Of a stretch of DNA of 64,000 bases, positions 63,896 through 64,000 are shown one piece after another (positions within the stretch are counted from its first letter, which is position 1; each line of letters starts with the position of its first letter). The position numbers and the translations under genes are program-made. The notes beneath the pieces were generated by a model. That model was not told the DNA's origin. It was given only the letters and a program-made list of their open reading frames with translations, and ran no database searches. Source of the DNA: Macrostomum lignano (lineage: Eukaryota); assembly GCA_002269645.1 (NCBI GenBank), contig NIVC01000617.1, positions 434,001-498,000 of the forward strand. Direction: 5' to 3'.

Positions 63896-64000
63896 CCCCT
63901 CGATACTAGATTTGGCGCCTCGATGCTAGATCTGGCGCCTCGATACTGGATTGGGCGCCTTGATACTAAATTCAGCGCCTAGATATTAGATCTGGCGCCT
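63896..64000. repeat. 20-bp minisatellite, reverse complement of 55678-56165, running off the window
   Basis: TCTGGCGCCTCGATACTAGA units. Confidence 0.9.

Noticed and set aside
55598-64000. The 20-bp inverted arrays as the true termini of the transposase-encoding element
   Set aside because: A better-defined inner TIR pair (CCCACTAAAAA) with a GA TSD bounds the coding genes, so the arrays lie outside it.

Overview
Repeat-rich metazoan nuclear DNA, not prokaryotic: it has spliceosomal introns, a Frizzled gene, LTR retrotransposons and about 20 minisatellite arrays. The style is reminiscent of the flatworm Macrostomum lignano, but that assignment is inference only. From left to right: (1) a pol-less LTR element on the minus strand (about 90-6106) with a short gag, three stacked tRNA-Leu-type primer-binding sites and a 404-aa orphan ORF; (2) a 427-bp local duplication and a frameshifted PAN/apple + F-type lectin gene; (3) a complete, young Ty3/Gypsy element (14417-24127; 899-bp LTRs, ATAC target-site duplication, 18-nt tRNA-Lys3 PBS, PPT). 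It has a canonical -1 frameshift signal, about 24 copies of a 30-bp coding repeat in pol, and an extra ORF in the env position encoding an HPD-type J-domain (DnaJ/Hsp40) protein; (4) an intronless Frizzled gene (29537-31600) inside about 30 kb of unrelated minisatellites, many sharing a (T)TTGGCGC(C) E2F-like core; (5) an intact CACTA/EnSpm-type transposon (56696-63779; CCCACTAAAAA TIRs, GA TSD) with a transposase and a DUF4806-like spliced gene. It appears nested in an older element whose arms are inverted 20-bp minisatellites. The best novelty candidates are the J-domain-carrying Gypsy element, the triple-PBS pol-less element and the shared minisatellite core. All coordinates and homologies were read by eye; no database searches were run.
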